DNA of 64,000 nt from Lama glama (lineage: Eukaryota), in assembly GCA_028534125.1 (NCBI GenBank), contig CM052816.1, positions 80,540,001 to 80,604,000 on the forward strand, written 5' to 3'. The notes beneath the pieces are model-generated. The model had not been told where the DNA came from and searched no databases. It saw nothing but the letters and a program-made list of their open reading frames with translations. The position numbers were made by a program, and so were the translations under genes. Below, piece after piece: positions 61,756-64,000 of the stretch. The stretch's first letter is position 1; every line of letters starts with the position of its first letter.

Positions 61756-62632
61756 CTGGCATGAAACATCTCAAACGTCTGCAAAAGGTAACAATATGAC
61801 AGCTCTCAGTATTCATGGAAAATGTATTATGTTTAGAAACAATTTTCTCACTTTGCTGAAATTCCAAACTATGCATAATGATTGCGGAGAAGTCAGAGCC
61901 ACTCATAAATTAAATGAGCTACCGTCGCCAAATATTTTCAAAAGCAGAAGAATAAAACGCCTTTCAAATTGTTTTTACAGAAAGGAAATTACATTGCACA
62001 TGCGCCTAGAGATTTAATCTATTTGATGGGCCATGGGGTGGAACCTCCAAAAGCCGGCATGCCCAGGGTCTGCAAAGATCTTTCATCAATCCTTTCTGTG
62101 CAAAGCTGTTCACATGAGTGTTGCCTTGCATAAGTGACCATGTAGACTAAATGCCGATTTTCACAAACAAGCTCTCCTGGCTCTTCAAACAGAGGGCACT
62201 GCAAGTGCCAGTGGCTTATCTGTTGCTAAATGAAAAGCAGAGCAAACAGTACTCGTGCGAAGACCCCCATGAGTTCCTGCAAACTGAAAGGAGACAGAGC
62301 ATGGATGCTAGGAGACGTTGCTGGTTCACTTATCCTTAGTAATCCCGGGTTACAGTTAAGGTCCAGGGCACTCCTGTGGGGCTAGACACCTGCTGCTTTC
62401 GCCTTGACCACCTGCTCTTTTGTCTGGGGACCTCTGCAAGTGCCAACACCTCAGTCCTTCCAGGACATCAGCAGCCTGTTCTTTGCCAGGTTTCCTAGAG
62501 AACACACGTGAGCACTTTTTTTTTTAAATTTATTTTATTATTTTTGTCTGAAACAGCTACTCACAGAAAACCAGTTGGGGGCCATGCTGATTCTCTACAT
62601 CACATCGGATTTTTTTTAATTATCTACTGTAC

Positions 62633-63094
62633 TATATTCATTTGCTAGAGCTGCCACAAACTGGGTGTCTTAATGAAATGTGTTGTCTCACCACTCTTTA
62701 ACTAGAGGTCCAAGGTCAAGGTGTTAGCAGAGCTGGCTCCTTCTGAGGGCTGTGAAGGAGAATCTCTTCCATGCTTTTCTCCTATCCCTCTGGTGGTTTG
62801 CTCACAGTCTTTGGTGTTTCTTGACTTGTAGATGCAACACATTGGTCTCTGCTTTCATCTTCACGTGGCCTTATCTCTACGTGTGTCTCTGTATCCAAAT
62901 TTCCCCTTTTTATAAGGACAGTGGACATATTGGATTAGGGCCCAACCTAGTAACCTCATTTTAACTTGACTACCTCTGGGAAGACACAATCTTCAAATAA
63001 GATGACATTCTGAGGTACAAGGGAAGAGGATGAGCAGGGGTAAGGACTCTGATATCTTTTTGGGGGGTAGGGGGACACAGTTCAACTCATAACA
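62633..63094 (-). mobile_element. MLT1C-type MaLR solo LTR
   Basis: ggtccaaggtcaaggtgttagcagagctggctccttctgagggctgtg ... ggggacacagttcaactcataaca; near-TSD TGTAC / GGTAC. Confidence 0.8.
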
Positions 63095-64000
63095 GGTACC
63101 CAAGGTTTGTAGCTTACTTCCAAAATGGCTTTAGTATGAGATCCAATCATTCATTTATAAATCCCCAAGACTATGTATTAAATGTTTTTATGCCCAAAGC
63201 ATTAGCTGTTTCTCTACTTATGCCCTTAGCCCAAACTCTCTAATAAACCCCAACTGTGTTTTTAAGTAAAGTCTCTCTGAGCCAATTGCCAGCTCCCCTC
63301 ACCCACAGTCTCCCCCACAGTGCGCCTCAGGGGGCTTGACTGATTTAGCCCTAGACCTGGTTCTCAGTAGGCTCCCCCGGGAGTCCTTAATCTAGGCGTG
63401 ATGGCATGTGACAGCAAGATAACTCCCAGGGAGGACATTAGCAGATTGACACGCTGTTTGCCTGGTACAGAGCTCCAAATTATAAGCTAAGAGCATAAGA
63501 TAATCATAGCAGAAATTGGTTTTGAGAATCGTGGAACTACCAGTTGAGATGAGTTCTAAGTGTGGTGCCGTGTCTTGCATTTATCTCATTGGAAGGGCTT
63601 CACAGCTCCTAAGGAGATAAACACAGTTGGAAGATGTACTGGAAGAAGCGTGCGCTGAATACAGAACAGCACCGCTTGTTCTGCTGTGACTACGAGAAAA
63701 GGCAACTGGGTTTCTATGCCCGATATACTCGGTAGATAGTTAACACTGTCTCACTGGGCATAGTCTGCCCTACTGCAGAGGAATGGCAGCCATTGATTAT
63801 TGGAAAAGCTCCATGTCTACTGGGTAAGGAAAGCAGATGGATGCCGATGGTCGGTGGATAACATATACAGTCTCCCAGACCCAGGGGTCCATTTATGAAG
63901 TTTTGAGTTGCCATTTAGGAGTGGGGCCAAGAGTTGTAGGTCATCTGCTTTTTCAGGAGAAGTTAAAACTCTGGAGTCATAGTAGGAAATCTGCTCATTT

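Noticed and set aside
1..64000. CRISPR arrays, operons, prokaryotic systems, nested genes or processed pseudogenes
   Set aside because: No regularly spaced repeat-spacer array or dense ORFs; no intronic ORF resembles a known cellular protein.

Overview
This is mammalian genomic DNA from inside one large + strand gene, ADAMTS12 (secreted metalloproteinase with thrombospondin repeats). Eleven internal coding exons (926-57326, 1675 nt) have GT-AG boundaries and consistent phases, and splice into one uninterrupted frame. They encode the end of the catalytic domain, the disintegrin-like domain, TSR1, the Cys-rich domain, the spacer, TSR2, TSR3 and the start of TSR4. The 5' and 3' exons lie outside the window. 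The introns carry L1, L2, MIR, MaLR/ERV LTRs, hAT elements, microsatellites and two 500-N gaps. A vic-1-like tRNA-derived SINE points to a camelid genome (inference). Repeat family names come from recalled consensus sequences, not from a search. I found no convincing evidence of a new biological system. The best leads are two candidate intronic polyadenylation sites giving truncated ADAMTS12 isoforms, a competing in-frame splice acceptor, inverted L1 pairs, a twin-priming L1 inversion and patchy CpG retention in ancient repeats.
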